DNA of 63,253 nt, filler included, from Globobulimina sp. (GCA_003354225.1; 38 parts of 38 records of this genome joined end to end with filler, not necessarily neighbours in it); one strand, 5' to 3'. Positions 48,360-60,034 are shown, counted from the whole stretch's first letter. A program made the numbers and translations. The notes: a model not told the origin generated them from the letters alone.

Positions 48360-49600
48360 ATTTCGATAAATATGACCGATTGCGGTTAGTAACAAATAAA
48401 AAACGTATTTGTAAAAACTATTTGCGAACCTGGTTCATTATTGATGCAGTAACCTGTATCCCATTTGAATTAATACCAAACGAACAGAATTATCATTATA
48501 TCAAAGCACTTCGCGTATTTAGATTCTTTCGTATTATTAAAATATTACGTTTTCTAAAGTTGCTGCGAACATTTGATGCGATGGTCAAACAATTTGTGAT
48601 CAGGGAAGTTCTGGTATTTATGAGATTATTTAAAATTATCTGCCAAATGTTATTGTTTGCTCATTTTGCAGGTATATGCATTTGATATGTTATGTTTTAT
48701 TATTATTTGTACGCATATATATGCAGCATGTTTGTGGTGGTTTGTTGGTTCTCAAACCTCTCCGTCGTGGGTGGATGAGAAGGGATTACGAGGCAACGAT
48801 GTTGATAATTTTAGCAAGTATTCATATTCATTTTACTGGGCTGTGGTCACTCTCTTTACCACAGGTTATGGCGACGTGGTCGCGACCAATATCACGGAGC
48901 AATGGATCTGCTCCGTCTGCATCCTTATCGGCACCTGTTTTTTTGCGTATTTTATAGGCACTTTGACTGTACTCATCACTGAAGGAGATAAGATAAAATC
49001 GTATCAATCTGATAAATTGGAAGAAGCACAATCTTTTTGTGAGAAAAAAAAATTACCCAAAGAATTATCACGGGCTATTCTGACACATATACGATATCAT
49101 TGTAGTTAAGTATTTTGTTAACACTTTGTAACTTAAACATTTTGTTAGCACTAGTTATGAAATAAGCAGCTTATAATTATGTGTTTGATGAAAATGAATT
49201 GCTAAGCATACTGCCGTCATATTTACAGCACGATATTCATGCTCATGTTGCAAAACAGTTTTTATTGCAATTGGAAATATTCCAAAATGAGTACATTTGT
49301 TTACCAGAATTTATCATTGGTTTAATTGCACTAAAAACGAAATCCATTTCTTGCAATCAATGGTTTAAATTATATGATTGTGGAGATATCGCAAAAGAAT
49401 TTTATATCCAAAGAACTGGCACTTCCACACTCTATAAAAAAGACCAAGTTGTTGATCACCTGTCTCGTGGCAGTGTTTGTGGCGAATATTCCGCAGTTTT
49501 GTTCAAAAAAAGACAATTAAAAGTTGAGTGTTCAACGTGGAGCGAATTTTATTCAATTTCTGTAGATGATATTGCCCAAATTTTAGCTTTATATCCTTAA
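48360..49600 (+). CDS. Cyclic-nucleotide-regulated K+ channel (EAG/HCN-like); introns 48672-48726 and 49105-49169; 3' truncated
   Basis: YLRTWFIID, S4 Arg/Lys repeats, TTGYGD filter, C-linker LP..L, CNBD GD..FYI..G..GE. Confidence 0.92.
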
Positions 49601-49632
49601 TCATAATTACTGTGACCGATTATTTTTTTTGC

Positions 49633-49760
49633 AACTAACGCAGAGTTGATCGATGGGAGACATGAAGCGGGTTATCTAGCCCATAAACCAATTCGCACTC
49701 CTTAAACTGTGACCCTCCGAAAAAGCGGCCTGCTGTCTCACATTCGATCCAATGACTTGT
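49633..49760 (-). mobile_element. Integron attC site, interrupted in R''
   Basis: Minus strand ACAAGTCA-TTGGATCGA-ATGTGAGACA...TGTCTCCCA-TCGATCAA-CTCTGC-GTTAGTT: paired L boxes with one extra G, R' starting GTT. Confidence 0.88.
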
Positions 49761-49925
49761 GTACGCCCGGCATGGGCGTGAACTAAAGGGGTTAAAGTCC
49801 CCTGTACGTGAACCCTGTTAATAAGAATGTTTGATATTAGCAGAAGTACTAGCCTAAGGCAAGGGCAAAATCGTGAGAGATTGTCTGAAGGAAGCATACG
49901 GCAAAACTGTGAGCCGACGAACAGA
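49761..49925 (+). ncRNA. Group IIC intron, 5' end (domain I)
   Basis: GTACGCCCGGCATGGGCG..AGGGGTTAAAGTCCCCT..TAGCCTAAGGCAAGGG..CGTGAG..TCTGAAGGAAGC..CGGCAAA matches class C intron starts; preceded by TTGT. Confidence 0.88.
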
Positions 49926-50304
49926 NNNNNNNNNNNNNNNNNNNNNNNNNNNNNNNNNNNNNNNNNNNNTTAATTAATTAANNNNNNNNNNNNNNNNNNN
50001 NNNNNNNNNNNNNNNNNNNNNNNNNACTTCATCTTTTACATTCTAAAGAAAAAGTGAACAGCGAACCTGTAGCTTCACATTGACCGGAAGGGTCGGCTCT
50101 TTTTTTTTATTTTTTTATTTTAGATACTTTGGGATCTCTTGCAAAGCAAGGCGAACAAAAGTTGTGAAGCGTGCACAGGGAACGCTGTAGGCCGCAGGGG
50201 AACTCAAGGACGTAATTCACACTGGGGTTGGTACACGCGAAAAAGCCATATTTGACGAAATTTTCAGCCGTTGCCTTGCTTTGTTGCCATCAAATGGAAA
50301 CAAA

Positions 50305-50423
50305 TGATAACAACAGGGCCCAGTGGACATTCTGTTAAATAGCCGTTGGAGACAAATCAACATTCATTAGTTGTTGTAAAGTTATCATGTCTGCAAACAT
50401 GCCACTGACCCAAAGCGCTATTA
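50305..50423 (+). mobile_element. Degenerate attC site (R' = GCTATTA)
   Basis: TGATAAC..CCCAGTGG-ACAT....ATG-CCACTGAC..GCTATTA, then an RBS and a gene. Confidence 0.62.
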
Positions 50424-50445
50424 AATAATAAAAAAGGAGATTACA

Positions 50446-50739
50446 ATGACAAAACCACTGACAATAATTGCCCGTATTGAGGCAAAGAAAAATAACGTTG
50501 ATTTAGTGAAATCTGAGTTACTAAAGCTAATTGAACCAACACGCAAGGAGCAAGGATGTTTACAATATGATTTACATCAAGACAATGAAAACCCTGCAAT
50601 TTTTATGTTTTATGAAAACTGGGAAAATCGAGAATTATGGCAAATCCATATGAATAATGAACACCTTAAAGCATATATGGACGCTACAGATGGTGCTGTC
50701 GAGAATTTCACCCTAAATGAAATGTCCCAAATAGATTAA
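50446..50739 (+). CDS. Antibiotic-biosynthesis/quinol monooxygenase (ABM) cassette gene
   Basis: AAGGAG RBS; PTRKEQGCLQYDLHQD..FMFYENW..H....H. Confidence 0.93.
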   Translation: MTKPLTIIARIEAKKNNVDLVKSELLKLIEPTRKEQGCLQYDLHQDNENPAIFMFYENWENRELWQIHMNNEHLKAYMDATDGAVENFTLNEMSQID

Positions 50740-50806
50740 GCCTAACCATGTACTGGAGAGGAATATCCTCGCTACACTCGAATATCCCTCAGTACGGACG
50801 TTAGGT
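50740..50806 (+). mobile_element. attC site (67 bp)
   Basis: R'' GCCTAAC directly after the stop; GTACTG(G)A pairs with TCAGTAC; R' GTTAGGT. Confidence 0.92.
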
Positions 50807-50875
50807 GTATCAATCAAATTCGACTTATCGACAAAGACTATCAGAATTGTGTATAGAGTAATTTAGGGGTGAAGT

Positions 50876-51313
50876 ATGTGGGAATTTAAACACGAAGAAA
50901 CAATCAATGCATCTGCGGAAGTGGTATTTGGCTTAATTAGTAATTTACCCAATTACCGGAATTGGAATCCCTTTCTAATTATCGCGATTGGTCAAGTTGA
51001 AATCGGAGGTGTCGTTTCTGGTAAATCGGTTTTAGGAAAATTTACAACTTCCTATCGACATAAGATTTTTGAGTATATTCCCAATAAAAGTCTATGTTGG
51101 CGTGACTTCGGCTTTCCTTCTTTGTTCGTTTGCGGCCAGCGTTCTCGTTACATTGAAACTCGAGATGGGAAAACACATTTCAAATGCCATTTAAAACTTT
51201 CAGGTCCATTTTCAGGTCTTATTAACTTAATATTCGGTGAAGGTCTTCGTAATGGTATTATGGCAGAAGCTAAAGCACTAAAAAAAGAGGCTGTGAAAAT
51301 TTCACAAAAATAA
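50876..51313 (+). CDS. SRPBCC-family cassette gene
   Basis: ETINASAEVVF..L.NY..WNPF; C-terminal ALKKEA helix. Confidence 0.88.
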   Translation: MWEFKHEETINASAEVVFGLISNLPNYRNWNPFLIIAIGQVEIGGVVSGKSVLGKFTTSYRHKIFEYIPNKSLCWRDFGFPSLFVCGQRSRYIETRDGKTHFKCHLKLSGPFSGLINLIFGEGLRNGIMAEAKALKKEAVKISQK

Positions 51314-51328
51314 ATCAATGTAAAATAC

Positions 51329-51392
51329 ACCTAACCACATGCTGCATTATGACAGCAGGGGTCCAGTCGGCCCCACAGCTCAACCGTTAACG
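51329..51392 (+). mobile_element. attC site (64 bp)
   Basis: R'' ACCTAAC; ATACACCTAAC (51325-51335) is the exact reverse complement of the cassette start GTTAGGTGTAT (50800-50810); R' GTTAACG; inner pairing imperfect. Confidence 0.78.
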
Positions 51393-51434
51393 CATTTAAT
51401 AAACTATATTGTAAGCGTCGAGAAAAAAATACCC

Positions 51435-51591
51435 ATGAAATTCATCCGACAATTTCTGTTCATATTCATTACTGTTACACTAATAGCCTCTTGCAGCAAT
51501 AGTGATCAAATCACTACACCTATTTCACCACCTGCAACAACAGGTTACAAAAGCCTCTTCATCGGCCACAGCTTTTTTAGACCTTTTGCCG
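51435..51591 (+). CDS. Lipoprotein cassette gene, possibly SGNH-like (3' partial)
   Basis: MKFIRQ-hydrophobic-IASC lipobox; LFIGHSF resembles SGNH block I. Confidence 0.65.
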
Positions 51592-51691
51592 NNNNNNNNN
51601 NNNNNNNNNNNNNNNNNNNNNNNNNNNNNNNNNNNTTAATTAATTAANNNNNNNNNNNNNNNNNNNNNNNNNNNNNNNNNNNNNNNNNNNN

Positions 51692-52232
51692 CATGATTGC
51701 TTAGACAGTAATTACCGAGCCATAAAGCATTTAATTGACGAAATTGTTTGTTTCGGATGTAAATATACTTATTAAATTCTATTGGATCTAATTGCAGAGC
51801 TTTTAATGTTGAAAATTGATTCAAATCACATTGTTTATATCTGACAAAATCTAATGACAATAATTTTGGCGGGGAATTCACTGCAACGTATATTTTGCGA
51901 TTACTTTTTGAAAAATTTAAATAATCGACAACCGCCAAATAGGAGGCACATTCTCCAATAATTTCTGATGGGATTGTATTCAATGAATATTCTAATTGTT
52001 CATCATCATTATTATTAATATCCTTTTTATTTGATTTATTTTTTTTTCTTGCATTTAAAATATTTTTTATTAAAGAAATAGTAATTGATAAATCATCATC
52101 ATGTTGTTTATTTTTGTTATATTTAATAAGAAAATGATTAAAAATAAAGGATACAATTTTATCCCCGTCAAATGTTTCAATCATTTGCTTTAATTGAGAT
52201 CCCAGCAAACGGAGTCTTATTAACGGTTCCAT
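51692..52232 (-). CDS. F-box-like/LRR protein (3' partial)
   Basis: LNTIPSEIIGECASYL..YLNFSKSNR; LKALQL, LNALWL. Confidence 0.68.
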
Positions 52233-52332
52233 TCAACTCTAGTGTGTGAATGTTCTCCTTGCACATAAATAATAAAATGACTGAAAAATGCAAGCATTTG
52301 AGAACATTTAAAGTTGGTGAATACCTCATTCA

Positions 52333-53257
52333 ATGTTAACTAAATGTATTATTGTTATGATTTCAAACATTTTATCAATCAGTACCTGCAGTAATATGAG
52401 GAAAGTGATAGGTTCAGATGATTTATTAAGTCACATCTATCAATGGTTACCATCCATTGAATTAGTAAACAGATATTTAAATCCTGAAAACATTCGTTTT
52501 AGAGAATTTGCAGAGTCTGTAATGAAACAAAGAGATTTAGAAACTGCAAATAACACATTACACTCACACGGTTACGCACGATTAATAAATGCATTTATGA
52601 GAGAAGAAAAACAAAACAACACAACTGCACACACGGCAAAAAGATTAAATTTTGATCAGAATTTCAAAAGGAAAATCAAAACCATATATTCAAACATGAT
52701 CTGTTCAATGATTGGAGAAAAAATAGAACGACGGTCTTTCGGTGTAAACACTTTAATTTTAAATAAGAAAACGTATTTAAATCAAGATGTATTGCACTAT
52801 TTGGAAATTGCTGACCACGCAATTAAAATTCCGGCCGGTGACCTTGAATTAAAAGGTAATAATTTAGAATCGTTACAAAAGTTTTCATTTGGTAGGATAA
52901 TTGGATATTTATCAGTGGCTGATAATAAGTTTAAAAGGTTAGACGATGAAACATTTGGTATGCCATTCGCTGTGAAGTTCGTAGATGTATCTTATAATCC
53001 AATTCAAGGAGTTATTGATTTCAATGCATGCAATTCTACTCTAACAATGACACAGTACTTTATGATGAAAGGATGCAAATATGTAACAAGACTTGTAAAC
53101 ATACCCAAAACATTACAATTTCTCCACATTGTTGATTCAGGGATTACATCGCCATATCAATTGGAATTTGAGGACGGGATTGGATTGCAATGTATTACAA
53201 CAAATCGGAATCAAACAGAACAATGGATAACGTTTTTCCATCTTTATAGCACAAAAG
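52333..53257 (+). CDS. LRR protein with F-box-like N-terminus (3' partial)
   Basis: DDLLSHIYQWLP; LELKGNNLESL, LSVADNKFKRL, VDVSYNPIQG. Confidence 0.68.
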
Positions 53258-53422
53258 NNNNNNNNNNNNNNNNNNNNNNNNNNNNNNNNNNNNNNNNNNN
53301 NTTAATTAATTAANNNNNNNNNNNNNNNNNNNNNNNNNNNNNNNNNNNNNNNNNNNNCAAGATAACTAATATTAGTTTAGTTTCTCAGGGCTTTTCACAA
53401 CGTTTATTTCCGTTATAAAAAT

Positions 53423-54126
53423 TTATTCGCATGAAAATATCTCGATTTCTAACACTTTAAAAGTACACTCGCCACCATTTAAATGACTAATTGTTGGAAT
53501 ACGATAAGTGGCTGCTCCGCCAGAGTTCGTTAGTGACAACCTATTTACATTACAATTTTGAGAGATATATAAATCCATAAATCCAAAAGCAAACATGTAT
53601 GGCGTATTAATTACAGAAGAATAAGCGACTGCTTTCTCTGAATCGCAAACATTAAAAATTTGAGGTTGATAATCTTTTGAGGATCGTATCAAAAATAAGA
53701 AGGCATCCTCGTCTCTTCCCCATCTACCAAATAAACCCGCATCTTTCCATGATAATGATGTGTATCCACCAAATACATTATTTGTATCACTTCTAACTAA
53801 GCATACATTCCTTCCCTTATGATCACATTTGTGATGAAACTGTTGGTTATTCCATCCATCTCTGCTGGCCCTATAAATCAACCTCAATTTATTTCCAGTA
53901 TTTTTACCTGACGATTCCATCAAATCAGCAAATATTTCCATTCAAAATCAATGAATCAATGACTGTATAATAATATTTGAAACAAATTTCCTTTACTTCT
54001 TTTGGAATGAATTGTTGATGAGATCCAATATACCCATCAACCAAGAGCTAAATAGCAATGATATGATTGAGCAGTTACAAAATATTTGTTTTGTGCAAGT
54101 GTAACTTTTAAACGTTGTCGAGACAT
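53423..54126 (-). CDS. TLDc-domain protein; intron 54048-54105; frameshift at ~53942
   Basis: MSRQRLK|LLVDGYIG..IDSLIL, frame change, then LIYRASRDG..FHHKCD..VFGGYT..AFLF..EIEIF. Confidence 0.88.
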
Positions 54127-54261
54127 CCTAGTTCTGTGCAACGACCAGTTCAAAGCACGTGGTTTTTTTTTTATTGCGGATTTACCAGTTATCCCAACTG
54201 CTGTGCAACTGTCAAGACAAGGAATAAAAAGTCAATATATGCAAATAGAAATATTGTAGAT

Positions 54262-54923
54262 TTATTTATTTTGTTTTAATTTGTTTGTAAATAATGTGTA
54301 GATCCATGCATTTTGTATTGAACAATATCTGGACACCGGATTAAATGAAATGAGTGATGATCGGAATGGATTTATTTTATATTGCTCGTCCATTCTTATA
54401 TTGGCTCCCATGATATCTTTCAAATGAACAAGTGCTGATTGTACCGTAGTGATTGAATACTCTGTAAAGACCGATGGCATTCCTTTCCTGTAAATATATT
54501 TCACCGCTTTTGCCCATATTTTGGGATATCCCTCAAATCCCGCATTTAAACCAAATACAATATCCGCCACTCGATGTTTTTTAGCCAATAATTGTTTGAT
54601 ATTATCTCTGTTATATTCACTGTTATACATAAATATTTTTAATGTATTCTGCGACGAAGGTATTTTATAAACAGTTTCGTTTTTCAGTTGATTTGATATC
54701 AAATTCGTATCCTCTCCATATCCAAACATAAATATATTTATATCATATCCTGGCAACAAACACAATAACTCGCAAAACAAATGTTTCATATCACACTCAA
54801 TTTCGGTTCCAACCAAATGAATATTAACTTCTTTATACCCATTCGCGTCCAAAATCGGTTTTAACTTCAAATACTTTGTTAAGCCATAATACATCGTCAG
54901 TACATAACTCATAAAATGCGAAA
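54262..54923 (-). CDS. MSS51/ZMYND15-like C-terminal domain (5' partial)
   Basis: SY.LT, IHLVG..E, ELL.LLP, D....NAGF..Y..W, P.VFTEYS, NPFRS. Confidence 0.78.
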
Positions 54924-55023
54924 NNNNNNNNNNNNNNNNNNNNNNNNNNNNNNNNNNNNNNNNNNNNTTAATTAATTAANNNNNNNNNNNNNNNNNNNNN
55001 NNNNNNNNNNNNNNNNNNNNNNN

Positions 55024-56356
55024 AAATTATCATTTTCATCTTTAAAATTACCAATTATTATTCGTGTCTCATTACATCCAGGATACATTTCAAGTATTTC
55101 TTGATCTTTATCAAAATAATTTGAATTAAATAATAATGGTTTCTCAATATATTGCGGAGGATTGGCATCATGAACAGATAAACATTGATTATAATCATTA
55201 TTCCCCCATAAATAAAAATTATTATTTGCTGTAGTAATAATATTATGATTTGCTCCACATTTAATATCAATAATTGTTTGCTTTTTTAATGTTTCATTTG
55301 GTTGTGGTAAATATAAATTTTTAGTTGAACCATTGCCACATTGATACTCATCATTCCATCCAAAACAATATATCTTATTTATTTATTAAAATATATTTGT
55401 AAAAATAAATAAACACAACACAAAAAGATCAAAACTTTCTTATTTAATGATAATAATATATTATGTCCACCACCACAACATATTTTACCAATTTTAATAT
55501 TGTTTTGAATTAAATATTGTATTCTTGTTGGTGAATATCTACTATTTCCATCTCCATGACCTAACCTACCATCAGCACCATTGCCCCATGACCAAACACC
55601 AAAATTATCATCAATTGCTAAGGTATGCTGCCATCCACAATATATATCCTTGAATTTTATTTTTATTTGAATTTCTTGAATATTTGTTGATGATTCAATA
55701 TCTTTACCTAATCCTAAACCATAATCATAACCAGCAACATATATTTTACCATTTGTGCTTAAAAATGTTGTATACCGCATTGCTGTTTCTACTTTTTGAA
55801 TAGATAATGATGTATTAATTGGTGTCCATTGATTATTATTTTCTGTATTTGTTTGTATACCAAATTGATTATTCTTATTCAATCCGACAGCATATAATTT
55901 ATTCTCATTTGAAATACAAAATGAATGTCTTGATCCGTTTGGTGCTGCAAATATATTTTTTATTTTCATATCTTTCATTTGATGCCATATATTAATATTA
56001 TTATAATGTCCAACACTTAATACACCCTCTTTATTATAACCACAACATTCATAGGTTTCATCATCAAATAAAATATATGCTGCTACACCCCAGCTATCAC
56101 CACAAGTGACAATATTTTGTATGTGTTTTTTAAATGTTTTTATTTTTGTTATTTTTTTAATAGCTTCATTTCCCCAATTCCCTTGTTGTCCATATGTGTT
56201 GTTACCAATAGAGTATAATACCAATATTTTATATATTGGGTAATGGAATGCATGAATGACACTAATAATATCTCTATGGATGTATTGGGAGCTAGATTTT
56301 CTAGCGTATCCACTTATTAATAATTTCGACCGTCTTTTCCTGACAGCATGGTTCAT
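55024..56356 (-). CDS. RCC1-repeat protein; intron 55374-55435 (3' partial)
   Basis: GNNTYGQQG, CGWQHTLAI..VWSWG.G..GRLGHG, CGGGHN; next exon IYCFGWN..QCG. Confidence 0.92.
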
Positions 56357-56766
56357 TTTTTGTTAAAGGGGGCAAAAACTTACTTGGGTTAAAGCATATC
56401 AACAATCATTGTTTAGTTTGGAGAATTAATATACATTCCATAAACTACTGCTGACAGAAACATCACTAATTTGGGAGCGAAGGCAGTGATAATTGGCAAT
56501 GCAATCAGATTGGAACAGGTAAATACTAAATATACAATGCCTATGGATATGGCACCAACATCTCCATTTTTACTGGTTGCAAATGAGGANNNNNNNNNNN
56601 NNNNNNNNNNNNNNNNNNNNNNNNNNNNNNNNNTTAATTAATTAANNNNNNNNNNNNNNNNNNNNNNNNNNNNNNNNNNNNNNNNNNNNTTTATTTGTTG
56701 GTGAAGCCAATGAACAAAGGTAAATAACAATATTTGGAACTAATATATATAAAATATATAGTTTCC

Positions 56767-58255
56767 TTAATCCAATATAATTGGAGATAGATTCAATAGG
56801 TCCACTTGGTATAGGTAGCTAAATCTTTTTGTTTCTTTTACGAATTGAAGAAGGTTTTTCCATATTCTAACTTGAGTCATCACATCTAGTTCTTTCTCAA
56901 TGTCTGGTGGTCTTCGGATTGTATATGGATAGAATAACTCGTTTAATCCAAATCTATTTCCATCACGAAATCCAGACCAAATATCATGAAAGGAGTCAAT
57001 CAATCTCTTTCGTTGATGTTTATATGCCGGGCATTTAATAAAGTAATGGTATATCGATTCAGTTTTATTCAAATTACATTGTTGGCATTCTGGGGATATT
57101 ATATTATTTTTATCGGTATCTTTATATTTGTGTTTAAATAGGAAGCCATTTAGTTCAATGTGGCCAGATATTATTCGATTTAGCATTGCTGCTTCATCTT
57201 TATTTAAGTATTTGATTATTTTATTCAGTTTATTATTGAGGGATGGGTTTGTTTTAAACATTTTATAGCTATCTTGGTGAGGTTTTGTGTTTCTATGTTT
57301 CCATTCTTCACTCCAATGAAAATAAATTTGTTTATGTAGTTGTGTTATTGTGGTATTGTATGATATTTGGCTGTATAATGTTTGGTCATATTTTGCATGT
57401 TTTGCTGTAAAATTTGCCAAACGATCGGCCTCATCATTAAAGATATTATTATTATGCGATTTTATTTTTATGAATGATATAAAAAGGGTTGGATTAATCA
57501 GCATTATTTGTGATAGTTTTACGTAGATATTTTCAATTAATATTTTTGTATCATGGTATTTCGGGAAATTCTGTCCATTTATAAATTGAAGCAGAGGTAA
57601 ATTATCAATATAGATTTTATAATGGATATGGGGATTATTTTTATTATTAATTATATGATTTAATACAATATGAACTGCTTCAATTTCAGCAGTTGTTATT
57701 GTTACTGGGATTTTAAAGTAATGGACTTTTTTAAATGGCGAACGATGGGAAGGTTGGGATGGAATGTATGCCGCTGCTCCTCCTTTGCCTGGATTTGGGT
57801 CACATGATCCATCTGTAAATGCAATGGTGATTTTGTTGTTGGAGGGTAAGGTTGGATTTGCCGGAGATAGTATTACATCAAAATTCGTTGGCAGAGACAT
57901 TAAATTATATGCAGGAGATGAGGTAACTTGGATTTTATTCATTGTATTAAAGTCCTGTGACAAAGCTTTAATTACAGTATTATTTTTGCAGTATTTGGCC
58001 GCTATTATTAGTGAGTTTTTATTTAGATTGACAAATGTATTTGGATTTTTTTTATTTGATTTTCTATATTTATGGGATTGTATGGTTTGTCTATAATGGT
58101 TTAATGCATTATAGGTTTTATTTAATGGATGATAAGAATTATTATAATAGACCCTGGCCATTTGTCGCATTGTTAAATAATGCGCTCTATGTTGGATTGG
58201 CTCTATTTTTAGGAGGAATTGGATAATATCCATTGGTGCATCTAACCGACATGGA
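56767..58255 (-). mobile_element. Non-LTR retrotransposon ORF2 3' end: RNase H plus CCHC knuckle
   Basis: AFTDGS, AEIEAV, IYIDN, IKSH..NDEADRLA; CQQC..ESIYHYFIKC. Confidence 0.9.
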
Positions 58256-58493
58256 NNNNNNNNNNNNNNNNNNNNNNNNNNNNNNNNNNNNNNNNNNNNT
58301 TAATTAATTAANNNNNNNNNNNNNNNNNNNNNNNNNNNNNNNNNNNNNNNNNNNNCTTATATGATTCCTGTTCTCATGGATTCTATACAAAAACTACAAA
58401 ACACAAAGTTAATTATCAATGTCCGTACAAGTCCGTGCAACTTTATTTAATTCAATATATATATATGAATAATATGATAGATCTACAGACAAA

Positions 58494-59921
58494 TTGATAA
58501 AAATTTTAATATCTGATGAAGAGCAACAAGTAATGAATAATATTGAATCCAATTTACAAATGTTAAATAAAATTGAGAAAGAAATGAATAAATTAAAAGT
58601 TATTTATCCAAAGAGTCAATCACGAATTGCAGAGGAGAAATATATGCAAATTGAGAATGTAAAATTAAAAATAACAAAAATATTCAATCAGTTATTAGTT
58701 GCACTTAATTTAAAAAAAGAGAATTTATTAAAAGAGGTTGAAAAAATTAAAAATAATGTCAATAAGAATGAGAATGAGGATGAAGATGAAAAAGAATCAA
58801 TTATTTTTGTTGAATCTGTTAACAGCATAAAAGAAACAAGAAATTATTTAAAACAAAAACATAAAATTTGTGATCAATTAACGAATAATAACAATAAACG
58901 AAAACAAAGAAAAAATAAAATAATTCAAATAGGGCGCGATGTAACGAATACTTTTAAAGAAAACCAACAATTATTAACGCAAAATAGTAATAATATTAAT
59001 AAATCAATCGAACAAAATGAATCAATGATAATTAATATTGATTTTGTAGTCAACAATAAAAAATATGATAAAATAACAAATAATATAAATCAAATTGGTA
59101 ATATTATTTATAAAACATTTCAAACCAAATCTGAACAAAATATGAATGGAAATGATGATGATATCGACGATGAAAAACAGGTTAAACAGTTAAAAGATGT
59201 AATTATCGCATTACAAAATGTAAAGAAATCAATGCAAACTGAGTTAGATAAAAAGGTAAAAAGAATAAATGGATTAGAAACAAATGCCACTGCGACATTA
59301 TTGTCATTAGAAAATATATTATTATTTGATGTGAATGATAAATATCGTTGGTATAAAACGGAAGAAAAAAAAGATGATAATTTTGTGATTGGGAAAATTA
59401 ATGATAATGATATTGCTTTTATTGATGGTTCACTTAAACGTAATATTTCAAATAATAAAATATCATTATCTCCCACAACAACAAATATGTCAGATATCTG
59501 TAAATATTTGCTGCAGTTTAAAATAATTTCAATGCAATCATTAGCACAAATATCGGTAACAGGTTTTGTTGATTTTAAAGGTTCCAAATTAGGATTGACA
59601 AATAATGAAAAAAACATTATCACAAAATATTTATCACAGACACTTAATAACAAATACTTATCAGATACATTATTATATGACGGAGCGAGGGATGGTTTTG
59701 GAGCATCACAATGGCATAATAAATGCGATAAAAATAATAATACTTTAACCATTGTTGAAACAGAATATAATCATATATTTGGATGTTTTGCTTCTGTTGC
59801 ATTTGATAAATCGCTTGATGGTCGTCAATCTGATCATAAATCATTTTTATGTTTAATTAGAACACAATTTAAAAATGCAGTATCATCAAAAATATGTCCT
59901 TTTACAAAGGGTGGTAAGGGA
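58494..59921 (+). CDS. Coiled-coil plus TLDc-domain protein (partial)
   Basis: Long heptad region, then LLYDGARDGF..WHNKCD..TLTIVETE..IFGCF..SFL. Confidence 0.85.
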
Positions 59922-60034
59922 NNNNNNNNNNNNNNNNNNNNNNNNNNNNNNNNNNNNNNNNNNNNTTAATTAATTAANNNNNNNNNNNNNNNNNNNNNNN
60001 NNNNNNNNNNNNNNNNNNNNNATATAGATACAAA

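Noticed and set aside
50082-50110. Rho-independent terminator before the T-run
   Set aside because: Stem GACC/GGTC is short and offset from the T tract, and no upstream gene is visible.
40025-51313. PKS + ABM + SRPBCC as a biosynthetic gene cluster
   Set aside because: Different contigs; ABM and SRPBCC are attC-bounded cassettes.
49633-51591. Treating the intron-attC fragment and the next cassette array as one locus
   Set aside because: Separated by an artificial spacer, with cassettes in opposite orientation; contigs appear length-sorted, so adjacency is not evidence.
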